Shown: piece after piece, positions 50,520-59,087 of the stretch
How the letters are laid out: the number at the start of each line of letters is the position of its first letter
Numbering within the stretch: position 1 is the stretch's first letter
Assembly (NCBI GenBank): GCA_015485525.1
Contig: WFTM01000261.1
Span: 12,088 to 76,087, forward strand
Length of the DNA: 64,000 nucleotides
Direction of reading: 5' to 3'
Source of the DNA: Candidatus Zhuqueibacterota bacterium
GTDB taxonomy: Bacteria > Zhuqueibacterota > Zhuqueibacteria > Zhuqueibacterales > Geothermadaptataceae
Made by a program: the position numbers and the translations under genes
Notes under the pieces: generated by a model
What the model was told of the DNA's origin: nothing
The model's database searches: none
What the model saw: only the letters and a program-made list of their open reading frames with translations

Positions 50520-51989
50520 ATGCAAGTCAGTATCTGGCAACAGGAAAAGAAAAAATTAGCACGGGTCCTTGAAGAGAAAATTATTACAGGTCAGGAAAAC
50601 CTGACACTCAGTCAGCTGAAAAAGCACAACGTGCCGGAAGTTTTGCATGTATCATTACAAAATCAGGCGACGCATATTTTCAAAAAAGAAAGACCGCTGA
50701 GCCTGATACAGAGCGACCGGTTTGATTTTTCCGATACACAGATCAAAAAGCAGCTCAGTACACTGCGCGATCTGCTGATCGAAAAAGTGCAATTTAAGAC
50801 AGAAGAAGTCCGTAAAGCGATTTCGTTCAGCATCAACCTCGCATTTGACGTCATCACCCGCCCGAAGCTCACCATAAAATCTATTCTCTTTCAAAAAAGC
50901 AGCGAACGCCGCCGAGAAGATGTCCTTGCCATCATCAGAGGGCTTGGCGATGATTTGCTCACTGTGAGAACACTGCAGGAGTTTCTCGAAGCCGAGACGG
51001 TTGACGTGATCACGCGTGAACATTTCGACGCGATCATGAAAGAAGTTTTTCAATCCCTCTATGGTGAGCAGCCCATCACGGCGCTGATGAATGATTTGAA
51101 CCGGTTGCAGCATTTGTATCAGGAAATAACCGGCCGGGAGAAGGAGCAGATATCTGCACAGATTCTGTATGGCATGATCAAAGAGCGCGATCTGCAAGAC
51201 TACGCGCCGGCATTCAAGAAAGAGATGCAGAACAAATCCGGATGGTCATTGACAGAGTTTGAGCAGTTTCTCGAACGGACAATTCTGGTTGGCAACCTCG
51301 ATCCGGAATTTGAAAAGAGCGATACCATTTTTATTCCGGAGGAGCAGGAAGAGGAAACCCGGCCGAAGCAGCCACAAACCCGGGAAGAGACAGGGACGGT
51401 ACCAGCACAACAGGAAGCCGAGAAAGCAGAGCAATCTCAACTCGACAGATTGAAAAACAGAATCAGAACAGAACAAAAACCAGAACCAGAAAAGAACGAG
51501 TACACGCCGATGGATACGAACGGGGTCGTAAAAGAACCGGATAAATTCACGGTTCCCGCGGTGAAGGAGACGAATGGGGAAAAGGGGGCGATAAAAGAAG
51601 AAAACAAACAAAACAATAACAGCAAAGAAGAAACAGATACCGGACTATTCCGTCGCGGGCTGCGCAGCAGCCGGCGAGAGTTTACCGGTACATCCACCGA
51701 TGTGATCAAAAGATCGCAAATCGAAGCCCAGCCGCCCGGGCCATATCCACCGCTGCACAGTCTGATCGATGATCGATCCCGGAAGGTCTTTGTCAAAAAG
51801 CTCTTTGGTAAAGACAGCGAGGCCTATCATTTCTTTGTCGAGCGACTGGAGCGAACCGAAAGCTGGAAAGAAGCAAAAGGCATTCTCGACAGAGAACTGA
51901 GCAGCAGAGGCTTGAGCCCATATTCTCGAGAAGCCGTACGCTTCAGCGATATTTTATTTGGACGGTATTTCAGCAAAGGCGGGTACTGA
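50520..51989 (+). CDS. Hypothetical protein with long charged linker
   Basis: 489 aa: a helical N-terminal domain of about 260 aa, an E/K/Q/P-rich low-complexity linker of about 140 aa, and a C-terminal module of about 80 aa (LIDDRSRKVFVKKLFGKDSEAYHFFVERLERTESWKEAKGILD). RBS GAGGAAGAGAAGGG. Confidence 0.6.
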   Translation: MQVSIWQQEKKKLARVLEEKIITGQENLTLSQLKKHNVPEVLHVSLQNQATHIFKKERPLSLIQSDRFDFSDTQIKKQLSTLRDLLIEKVQFKTEEVRKAISFSINLAFDVITRPKLTIKSILFQKSSERRREDVLAIIRGLGDDLLTVRTLQEFLEAETVDVITREHFDAIMKEVFQSLYGEQPITALMNDLNRLQHLYQEITGREKEQISAQILYGMIKERDLQDYAPAFKKEMQNKSGWSLTEFEQFLERTILVGNLDPEFEKSDTIFIPEEQEEETRPKQPQTREETGTVPAQQEAEKAEQSQLDRLKNRIRTEQKPEPEKNEYTPMDTNGVVKEPDKFTVPAVKETNGEKGAIKEENKQNNNSKEETDTGLFRRGLRSSRREFTGTSTDVIKRSQIEAQPPGPYPPLHSLIDDRSRKVFVKKLFGKDSEAYHFFVERLERTESWKEAKGILDRELSSRGLSPYSREAVRFSDILFGRYFSKGGY

Positions 51990-52134
51990 GCCCAAAATCC
52001 CGGGGGGCAGCTCAGCAGTCCACCCGGGAAATCTCACCGTATCAAAACTCTGGTTTTCCATATTAACTCAGCATAGCTGTCTCTTTTCAACCAACCCGCC
52101 CGACCACAGCATGTGCCTACATTGCAGAACCGTC

Positions 52135-52207
52135 ATTCCGGTTTCCCCGCAGGGGAAGACCGGAATCTCCCAGACTCAGGCACGAGGGCGAAAAGATGAG
52201 ATTCCGG
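52135..52207. repeat. Nested / alternative inverted repeats in a convergent intergenic region
   Basis: ATTCCGG(52135-41) pairs with CCGGAAT(52160-66), enclosing TTCCCC-GCA-GGGGAA. In addition, CCGGAATCTC(52160-69) is the exact reverse complement of GAGATTCCGG(52198-207). Confidence 0.6.
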
Positions 52208-52225
52208 CATTGCGCTTTGCCTGGC

Positions 52226-52247
52226 CCGGTTAAGCTGAGTTAACCGG
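52226..52247 (-). terminator. Hairpin 12 nt after the stop of the patatin-Omp85 gene (possible terminator, no U-tract)
   Basis: CCGGTTAA-6 nt loop-TTAACCGG, a perfect 8-bp stem. No T-run follows on either strand. Confidence 0.3.
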
Positions 52248-52258
52248 ATAGCCTGGCA

Positions 52259-54988
52259 TCAAAATTGATATCCCAGTGAAAAGTAGATTCGTTGCCGGCC
52301 GGAACTCATCCTGCCGTATGTAAACGCAATCGTGCCCGCCGGGGTGATGAAACCGAACATAAGGCCCCCGGCTTTAGTGAGATCTCTGAAGGTCGTTTCT
52401 TCGGCTGTCCTCCATACGTCCCCGATATCATATCTCCCACCAAAGAAACCTTCTATCTGCGAGTTGACCGGAAAGTGATAACGGTACCCAAAATTGAACA
52501 GCAGGAAGGAACGTCCCACCCATTCATTGTAGCGCAGACCGAGCATGTGCTCCGGTCCGTTGAGTTGAAAACGGTACACAAATGGCGTTGTCGGGTCTGA
52601 TGTTGCGTATGTGATTCTTGGAAAAAAGGTATGGCGCTTATTGATCGTGAAATTATTTTCCATTGACCAGAACAGGCGGACAAAGGAGACGTCCGAACCT
52701 AAGCTGGTATTGGACATGTCATAGATGAAGCGGGCGTAGCGGCCGTGACGCGGAAAGGGAGTACGATCCCTGGTGTCGAGGATAGAGTGGATGGATAATT
52801 TATTGATCAGTACAGGATCGGCCGGAAAGCCGGAACCGTAAATTTTATCCAGCGAAAAGTAGTTGCTGCTGAAATCAACAGTCACAACGCCGAAACGCTT
52901 GACCAGTTGCCCCAGGCTGACGACAAAGGTCCGTTGATTTTCGGCGTACTCGCCGATGGCAAACCGCTCGACATCAACATAAGTAGCCAGTTTTCTCTGC
53001 TGATAAAATGCTTCTGCGGAAAATGTGAAGTACGTGCGGAAAATTCTGTTTAAGGAAAAACGGGCCGCAACGCGGATATCTTTGGAGCCATACACGGTTT
53101 GCAGGGATAGCGTGGAGCCGATGCCGGCAAAGTTTTCATCAGCAAATTCGATTAACCCCTTGCCGCGTCGCTCGGAATCAAAGCGGGCCGCGACATTGAC
53201 GACACTATACTTTTTTTCCTGCAGTTTGATGTAAAGGTCAAATGCAGAATTCCGGTGTTTGAGTTCTATGGAGACGCGCTCGAAAAGTCCTGTACCGTAG
53301 ATATTGGCGATCGCCTGCTGTGAGCGTTCGTAATTGAAGATGTCGCCTTTGCTGATGGTCATTTCGTTCAAAACGACATGTTTTTTTGTGCGCTGCAACC
53401 CTTCGACAAAAACATTCTGAATTTGGCCTTCGTTGATGAAAATATGGCCGGTACCGGAATCGGCATCGAAGCGCAGATCGGTTATTTTTGCCAGCGAATA
53501 ACCGCGCTGGCGATAAGCTTTCAGCAGGGAAGAGACCATTTCCCGGCAGTGACTTTCCTGTAAGGGCTGGTGCAGAAAAGCAGCGAGGTGACTGCGTAAA
53601 ACATCCGAAGAGAGCATGGAGTTGCCGTGAAAAATGATATTTTTCAGAACCGGAACAGGCTTATAATGGAAGGACAGCGACCACGACCGGCTGGCGCTAT
53701 CCGGGGTCAGGGTGGCATAAAGCTCCTGGTAGCGCTCCGTTGCATAGAGCGAGTCGAGGTAGCCCGCCAAAAACGCCTCATCGATTTGCATGGGCTGGCC
53801 AGAGTTTTCGAAAAGAACACGATCCTGCTCGCGAGGGATGTTTTGCACGCTGGAAATCCGGAATTTCCGGCTTCTGCCGTTCGTTTTATTCTCTTTCTGC
53901 TGTTCAAAGAGCCGCCTGATATCCTTAAGCCGCCTGCGGGCGACCTCACGGCCGGCATCGATAAGTCCTTCGATATTGCTGAAATCATTGTTTGGTTGAT
54001 CGACATTATTGATTCGGATGACGACGTCGGCCAGTTTGCGGCTTTGCTCGTTGCGTTCGCGCTGCATGATCGTCGTGACCTGGTCTGCGATTTCCCAGGG
54101 AGCGTGCAGAGTTTCGGGGTCGCGCAGGTCCGAGGTGGCATCGACGGCGATGACGATGTCAGCGGGAAATGAGGTGCGCACGACGTCGGTAGGAATGTTA
54201 TCTGTCATGCCGCCGTCAACGAGAAGAAAGGAATCCCGGGGGACGGGAGAAAACAGCAGAGGAAAGGATAAACTGGCGCGCATGGCCTCGGCGAGGTCTC
54301 CGTCTCTTAAGATAATTTTCCGGCCGGAATATAAATCTGTCGAGACAGCCCTGAATGGAACGCGGAGATTGTCAAAATTTTCCGGAGCGACGAATGTCCC
54401 GAGCATGGTATAGTGGCTGAGAAGAGTCTGAATATGATGTCCCGGCGTCAGGCCCGGCGGGATGCGTGGCTTCAGGCCGTCGAAGCGCAGTTGCAGGAGT
54501 TGGCGATCGCGTTGGATTTTCTGGGTGAAAAACAAAGACCTGCGCTGGGGCTTATCTTTGAGAATGCTGCTCCAGTCTATATCTTTGATGAAAGCCTCGA
54601 TTTCAGCAGGTTCATAGCCAGCCGCAAACAGCCCGCCAATAATACTGCCCATGCTAGTGCCGACGACGTAATCGATCGGGATATTTTCCTCGACCAAAAC
54701 ATGCAGGACCCCGACCTCGCTGACACCACGAGAGCCACCACCGCTCAGCGCAAGGCCGATTTTGGGCCGCCACAGCGCAGGCTGTTTGAGAAAGGAAAGA
54801 GGATGAACAGCGCTGCTGTCTAAGTTGGGCTCAATACGGATGACTGCTTTATCACCGTTGGAGCCGGGAAGTGACAGCGGCAGCAGAAGAAGAGCGCAGA
54901 ACCATAAAAAATATCTGAAAGGGAGCAAAGTTGTCGACCGTCTAAAGGGTGAAAAAAGGAGCACACGGATATCTTGATTGTGCAGCAA
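52259..54988 (-). CDS. Patatin-like phospholipase fused to POTRA and an Omp85 beta-barrel (type Vd / PlpD-like)
   Basis: Patatin motifs GGGSRGVSEVG (oxyanion), GTSMGS (GxSxG) and VDGG (catalytic Asp). POTRA-like segments follow (VLKNIIFHGNS.., IQNVFVEGLQRTKKHVV). The barrel ends ..IYFSLGYQF. There is no in-frame ATG near the 5' end, so the start must be TTG or GTG. Confidence 0.85.
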   Translation of the reverse strand: MLHNQDIRVLLFSPFRRSTTLLPFRYFLWFCALLLLPLSLPGSNGDKAVIRIEPNLDSSAVHPLSFLKQPALWRPKIGLALSGGGSRGVSEVGVLHVLVEENIPIDYVVGTSMGSIIGGLFAAGYEPAEIEAFIKDIDWSSILKDKPQRRSLFFTQKIQRDRQLLQLRFDGLKPRIPPGLTPGHHIQTLLSHYTMLGTFVAPENFDNLRVPFRAVSTDLYSGRKIILRDGDLAEAMRASLSFPLLFSPVPRDSFLLVDGGMTDNIPTDVVRTSFPADIVIAVDATSDLRDPETLHAPWEIADQVTTIMQRERNEQSRKLADVVIRINNVDQPNNDFSNIEGLIDAGREVARRRLKDIRRLFEQQKENKTNGRSRKFRISSVQNIPREQDRVLFENSGQPMQIDEAFLAGYLDSLYATERYQELYATLTPDSASRSWSLSFHYKPVPVLKNIIFHGNSMLSSDVLRSHLAAFLHQPLQESHCREMVSSLLKAYRQRGYSLAKITDLRFDADSGTGHIFINEGQIQNVFVEGLQRTKKHVVLNEMTISKGDIFNYERSQQAIANIYGTGLFERVSIELKHRNSAFDLYIKLQEKKYSVVNVAARFDSERRGKGLIEFADENFAGIGSTLSLQTVYGSKDIRVAARFSLNRIFRTYFTFSAEAFYQQRKLATYVDVERFAIGEYAENQRTFVVSLGQLVKRFGVVTVDFSSNYFSLDKIYGSGFPADPVLINKLSIHSILDTRDRTPFPRHGRYARFIYDMSNTSLGSDVSFVRLFWSMENNFTINKRHTFFPRITYATSDPTTPFVYRFQLNGPEHMLGLRYNEWVGRSFLLFNFGYRYHFPVNSQIEGFFGGRYDIGDVWRTAEETTFRDLTKAGGLMFGFITPAGTIAFTYGRMSSGRQRIYFSLGYQF

Positions 54989-55047
54989 ACTCTTCGAGTG
55001 GAAAAGAAGTTTCGACGGTATAAAGGAAAAAGTAAAAAACGGACGAA

Positions 55048-55076
55048 AATATATCGAACCATGGCTATAAATGCAA
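55048..55076 (-). promoter_or_regulatory. Candidate promoter for the patatin-Omp85 gene (TTGCAT-17-TATATT)
   Basis: The minus strand reads TTGCAT (55076..55071), a 17-nt spacer, then TATATT (55053..55048). Confidence 0.4.
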
Positions 55077-55088
55077 CAATGAAAGCCG

Positions 55089-55117
55089 TTGACATTCGCG
55101 GGTCAATTTTGTAAAAT
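55089..55117 (+). promoter_or_regulatory. Near-consensus sigma70 promoter for the bioY operon (TTGACA-17-TAAAAT)
   Basis: TTGACA 55089-55094, a 17-nt spacer, TAAAAT 55112-55117. It is back-to-back with the divergent patatin promoter. Confidence 0.55.
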
Positions 55118-55234
55118 CGTCGCGTGTAAGCCGTGGCCACCAAACAGGGCTGCACCCGAAAGCTGTTTTTTCTTCGACCCACAAACAGCCAGGAGCACAA
55201 ATTCCGGCAGGGCAACCCACCGTCGCAAAAGAGA

Positions 55235-55894
55235 ATGACAGAGAAGCATACCATGACCACCACGACCAGCAAGGCAGCACCGACAACGGAAAGCCGAACA
55301 AAAATATTCCAAATGATCAGTGCCGGCCTGTTCGTTGCTCTGGTTGCAGCAGGATCAAAGCTGAGTATTCCTTTCTGGCCGGTGCCGATGACGATGCAGA
55401 GTCTGTTCGTCTTACTCGCTGGCTTTCTGCTGAGTGCACGCACGGCATTTCTCGCCATGGTTGTCTATGTTTTGATAGGTTTGATGGGTTTTCCGGTTTT
55501 TGCCCGGGGTGGCGGGCCGGGCTATATCATGCAGCCAACTTTTGGCTATCTGCTCGGCTATATGATTGCTGCATGGCTGGTGGCACGTATTGTTCATGGC
55601 AAAAGGGAGTTCAGTAGTTTTACAGAGATCAGCGCGCATTTGCGCCGGGTGACAATGCCTCAGGTGCTGAAGGCCGGGCTGGCTGGCACCCTGGCGATTT
55701 TTCTGCCGGGCGTTCTGTATCTGTACTTCTGGATGCAACTCTTCGGCGCCGACCCGGACCAGCAGAGCACGTTTCTCACGATTCTTTACTCCGGTGCTAT
55801 CGTTTTTCTGCCCGGCGCAATCGGAAAGCTTGCAGGCATTTATTTTATCATACGTGTGATAGCACAAAAGGAAAGAGATCTCGATGCAGCCTGA
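55235..55894 (+). CDS. bioY: Biotin transporter BioY (ECF S-component type)
   Basis: GSKLSIPFWPVPMTMQSLFVLLAGFLL..GFPVFARGGGPGYIMQPTFGYLLGYMIAAW matches the BioY pattern. The start is taken at the ATG at 55235 (alternative 55253); the track ORF from the GTG at 55133 is an extension. Confidence 0.8.
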   Translation: MTEKHTMTTTTSKAAPTTESRTKIFQMISAGLFVALVAAGSKLSIPFWPVPMTMQSLFVLLAGFLLSARTAFLAMVVYVLIGLMGFPVFARGGGPGYIMQPTFGYLLGYMIAAWLVARIVHGKREFSSFTEISAHLRRVTMPQVLKAGLAGTLAIFLPGVLYLYFWMQLFGADPDQQSTFLTILYSGAIVFLPGAIGKLAGIYFIIRVIAQKERDLDAA

Positions 55895-56903
55895 ATCAGT
55901 CCGTACAGGTGTCAGTTATTTTGGAAATCGAAATCCACGCCACCTCGTCGTTGATCTCGAAGAAATGATTTCTCACAACTGCTCCTTTATCGTGCACACC
56001 TTTTCCGAAAACGACCGGATTTTTTATTTTGCCACCATGGCGGAATTTGTCGAGCTGTCAAAAAGCGTCGGCCTCGAGGTGTATCTCGATCCGTGGGGCG
56101 TCGGTCGTGTTTTTGGCGGTGAGGCTTTTTCTGATTTTGCACTGAAACGTCGTCACGCCTGCCAGGTGAGCGGATCCGGAGAACTCCTGCCCGCTGCCTG
56201 TCCCAATCATCCCGAGTTCAGGTCTTATATGCGCGGATGGATCGATGACGCCGCCAGCCTTGGTGTGGATGTGGTCTTTTGGGATGAACCCCACCTGTTT
56301 ATCGACTATCAGAATGCATCTGACATGCGTGCCGCCGGCTGTACATGTGATAGCTGTCGCGAAAAATATCGAGAGCTTTACGGGGACAGCTTCCCCTCCG
56401 TGGAAAGCGAAGATTTTTTACTTTTCCGCGAAGATTCCATGTATGATTTTCTGAAAATGCTCACCGACTATAGCGCAGAAAAAAAGCTGCGCAATGCAGT
56501 CTGTCTGTTGCCATATCAACAGGATATGCTCGGTGTGTCTGATTGGGGACGAATCGCAGCCATCGAAACACTTGATATTATCGGCACTGATCCGTACTGG
56601 ATTTTCTTCGATAAGGAGCTGGATTTTGTCTATGACTATGCCCAGAAAATCGTGCACATTGCTGATGAATTCGGGAAAGAAGCCCAGCTCTGGATACAAA
56701 ACTTCAAAATTCCCGAAGGCAGAGAGCAGGAAGTCGCCGAGGCCATAGAGCTGGGAGAACAGGCAGGAATTAAAAATTTTGCGGCCTGGAGTTTTTACGG
56801 TAGTTCGTACATGTCCTATATCCGCAGCCAGAACCCGAAACTGGTTTGGGATATTCTCGGGCGTGAATATGCCCGGCTGCGTTCAGGAGTAAACAGCAGA
56901 TGA
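55884..56903 (+). CDS. Uncharacterised protein, possibly TIM-barrel glycosidase-like
   Basis: 339 aa with alternating strand/helix character and VVFWDEPH (resembling the clan GH-A NEP acid/base strand). It overlaps bioY by 11 nt and the next gene by ATGA. Confidence 0.5.
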   Translation: MQPESVRTGVSYFGNRNPRHLVVDLEEMISHNCSFIVHTFSENDRIFYFATMAEFVELSKSVGLEVYLDPWGVGRVFGGEAFSDFALKRRHACQVSGSGELLPAACPNHPEFRSYMRGWIDDAASLGVDVVFWDEPHLFIDYQNASDMRAAGCTCDSCREKYRELYGDSFPSVESEDFLLFREDSMYDFLKMLTDYSAEKKLRNAVCLLPYQQDMLGVSDWGRIAAIETLDIIGTDPYWIFFDKELDFVYDYAQKIVHIADEFGKEAQLWIQNFKIPEGREQEVAEAIELGEQAGIKNFAAWSFYGSSYMSYIRSQNPKLVWDILGREYARLRSGVNSR

Positions 56904-57892
56904 ACGATGTCAGATACGCAGTCGGTTTTGACGGCGGCGGCACGAAAACCACAGGCTGTCTGATCAGCTCAGACGGTGACTACTACGCCTCGCTCACAGG
57001 AGGGGCAACCAATTATTCCATCAGCCTGGAAAAAGCAATCCAGCAGGAGCTGGCTGAAATGACCCGCAGTTTATGCAAGCGGGCGGGGCTCTCACACCTT
57101 GATGCCCTCGGTGTATGCCTTTCCGGTTTGGGTCAGGAAGTGGTACGGCAACGGGTTCGGCGCCTTATCGAAGAAAAAGAGCTGGCTCAGGCTTACCACG
57201 TCGATCATGACGCGCGTGCGGCACTCTATGGTGCTTTTGCCAGTGGCCCGGGCATTATCCTGATTGCAGGAACCGGTTCGATCGCTTTTGCCCAGGATGC
57301 AAACGGTGAGGTGTACCGGTGTGGCGGCTGGGGCTATCTCCTGGGCGACGAGGGCAGTGGTTTTGATATCGCGCGCAGGGGAATTGCGGCCGCCCTGAAA
57401 GCCCTTGACGGCAGAGGCAAACCCACATCGTTACAAGCCGCATTCGAGCAGAAGTTTGCTGTTTCCCGTATCGATGAAGCTGTTCCGCTCATCTATTCCG
57501 AGTACAGCGATCGCGGAAAAATGGCGCAGCTTGCAACGATCGTTTTTGAGCACAGCAAGGCTGGGGATATGGTGGCCGGGGAAATCATCGGCAACGCTGC
57601 CGGAGCATATGCAGAACTCGTGGCTGCCCTGTTCACCCGCGTAGCTGTCGATGGGGTCGCCGAAGTTGCGCTGATCGGCAATATATTTAACTCCGCATCA
57701 CAACTGCTCCCGATTATGCAGTCATACTGGAACGCGCATCATCTGCGTATATCCATCGTAGAGCCGCTGTTTCCTGCTGAGGTGGGTGCGGCCCTGCTGG
57801 CTTTTGCCAGTGCAGGAATCGGATTGTCACAGGAGGCCATTATGCGGTTGCAACACACCATCCGCGAAAAGGCAGGCCGTGGAGATGAGTGA
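56900..57892 (+). CDS. BadF/BadG/BcrA/BcrD-type sugar kinase (GlcNAc/MurNAc kinase-like)
   Basis: N-terminal phosphate-1 motif VGFDGGGTKT, then IAGTGSIAF and GGWGYLLGDEGSG, typical of the N-acetylglucosamine kinase-like ATPase family. Confidence 0.8.
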   Translation: MNDVRYAVGFDGGGTKTTGCLISSDGDYYASLTGGATNYSISLEKAIQQELAEMTRSLCKRAGLSHLDALGVCLSGLGQEVVRQRVRRLIEEKELAQAYHVDHDARAALYGAFASGPGIILIAGTGSIAFAQDANGEVYRCGGWGYLLGDEGSGFDIARRGIAAALKALDGRGKPTSLQAAFEQKFAVSRIDEAVPLIYSEYSDRGKMAQLATIVFEHSKAGDMVAGEIIGNAAGAYAELVAALFTRVAVDGVAEVALIGNIFNSASQLLPIMQSYWNAHHLRISIVEPLFPAEVGAALLAFASAGIGLSQEAIMRLQHTIREKAGRGDE

Positions 57893-59087
57893 CCGCTATG
57901 CAATCGGTATGCTTTCCGGTACCTCTGTCGATGGCATCGATGTCGCGCTTGTGCTCATTCCCGGCGGAGGTGGGAAGGTGCGCCTGCATGAGTTTCTGAC
58001 GCTACCCTATCCGAAGGAAATACGGGAGCAGGTGCTGGCCTATTCCCATGGAACGGCCTTTACCGCAGAACAGCATACCAGGTTGCATTGGGCGCTCGGC
58101 CATGTTTTCGCCCAGGCCGCGGTTGCGATGCTGCATAAATCTCAGGTGCCCCGCGAGCAGGTTATGGTCATCGGTTCACACGGCCAGACAGTGCAGCATC
58201 TGCCAGAGGAGCAAAATGTGGCAGGGTTCAGCACCCGCGGAACGCTGCAACTGGGCGAAGCTGCGGTGATCGCAGAGAAGACAGGGGTGACGACGGTATA
58301 TGACTTCAGGGCAGGAGATATGGCTGCGGGCGGCCAGGGGGCTCCGCTGATTTCCTGGTTCGATTACCACTATTTTACACATCCTGATGAAAACAGAACT
58401 CTCCTGAATATCGGCGGCATAGCCAATATCACGGTTCTGCCTGCCGGAGCAGATGAAAGCCGTGTTCTGGCTTCGGATACCGGACCGGGAAACATGCTCA
58501 TCGATGCTTTGTGCCGGCATTATTTCGACTGTGATTACGACCGCAACGGTACTATCGCAGCTTCGGGGCAGGCCGACGAACGCTTGCTCGAAGAGCTTCT
58601 CTCCCACCCCTATTTTGAACGGGAGTTTCCGAAAACCACGGGGCGGGAACTGTTCGGTCAGAGCTATGTCACGCGTTTGCTGCAAAGAGCACAGGAGCTC
58701 GGTGTGCAGCCGCGTGACCTGATCGCGACGGTTACTGCTCTGACAGCACAGAGTATCGCGCGGGCAGTACGGAAGACTGAACAGCGCATGGATGCAGGGC
58801 GGCCGCACCGGTTGATCGTAAACGGCGGCGGGGTAAAGAATCAGACGCTGATGCAGATGGTGCGACAAGCACTTCCCGGAGTTCTCTGCCAAACCACGGA
58901 GGCCTGGGGTTTTCCTGTCGATGCCAAAGAAGCGGTCTGTTTCGCCGTGCTGGCGGATCATCTTCTTGCACAGAAACCAGCAACACTGCCCGCGGCCACA
59001 GGCGCACACCACCCGGCATTGACGGGGAAAATTTGTTACAGCACCATGACCAGGGACGAAAAGAACAGGAGGCACCATGCACTGTGA
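57885..59087 (+). CDS. anmK: Anhydro-N-acetylmuramic acid kinase
   Basis: Start at the ATG at 57885 (MSDRYAIGMLSGTSVDGIDVAL, the AnmK signature). NIGGIAN, DTGPGNMLID and NGGG motifs are present. The track ORF is extended upstream. Confidence 0.9.
   Translation: MSDRYAIGMLSGTSVDGIDVALVLIPGGGGKVRLHEFLTLPYPKEIREQVLAYSHGTAFTAEQHTRLHWALGHVFAQAAVAMLHKSQVPREQVMVIGSHGQTVQHLPEEQNVAGFSTRGTLQLGEAAVIAEKTGVTTVYDFRAGDMAAGGQGAPLISWFDYHYFTHPDENRTLLNIGGIANITVLPAGADESRVLASDTGPGNMLIDALCRHYFDCDYDRNGTIAASGQADERLLEELLSHPYFEREFPKTTGRELFGQSYVTRLLQRAQELGVQPRDLIATVTALTAQSIARAVRKTEQRMDAGRPHRLIVNGGGVKNQTLMQMVRQALPGVLCQTTEAWGFPVDAKEAVCFAVLADHLLAQKPATLPAATGAHHPALTGKICYSTMTRDEKNRRHHAL

Noticed and set aside
52259-54988. 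Patatin domain as a CBASS-type or other anti-phage effector
   Set aside because: The patatin domain is fused to POTRA and Omp85 barrel sequence behind a signal-peptide-like N-terminus, which is type Vd autotransporter architecture. No cyclase, sensor or other defence genes are adjacent.
55133-55234. N-terminal extensions suggested by the ORF track for bioY (GTG 55133), anmK (57786), the AI-2E permease (63512) and others
   Set aside because: The extensions overlap upstream genes or promoters, use non-ATG codons, and are not part of the conserved family N-termini. Internal ATGs with RBSs or stop-start coupling fit better.
58176-59078. 300-aa minus-strand ORF antisense to anmK
   Set aside because: anmK is clearly coding on the plus strand. 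The antisense product is R/C/Q-rich with no start context.
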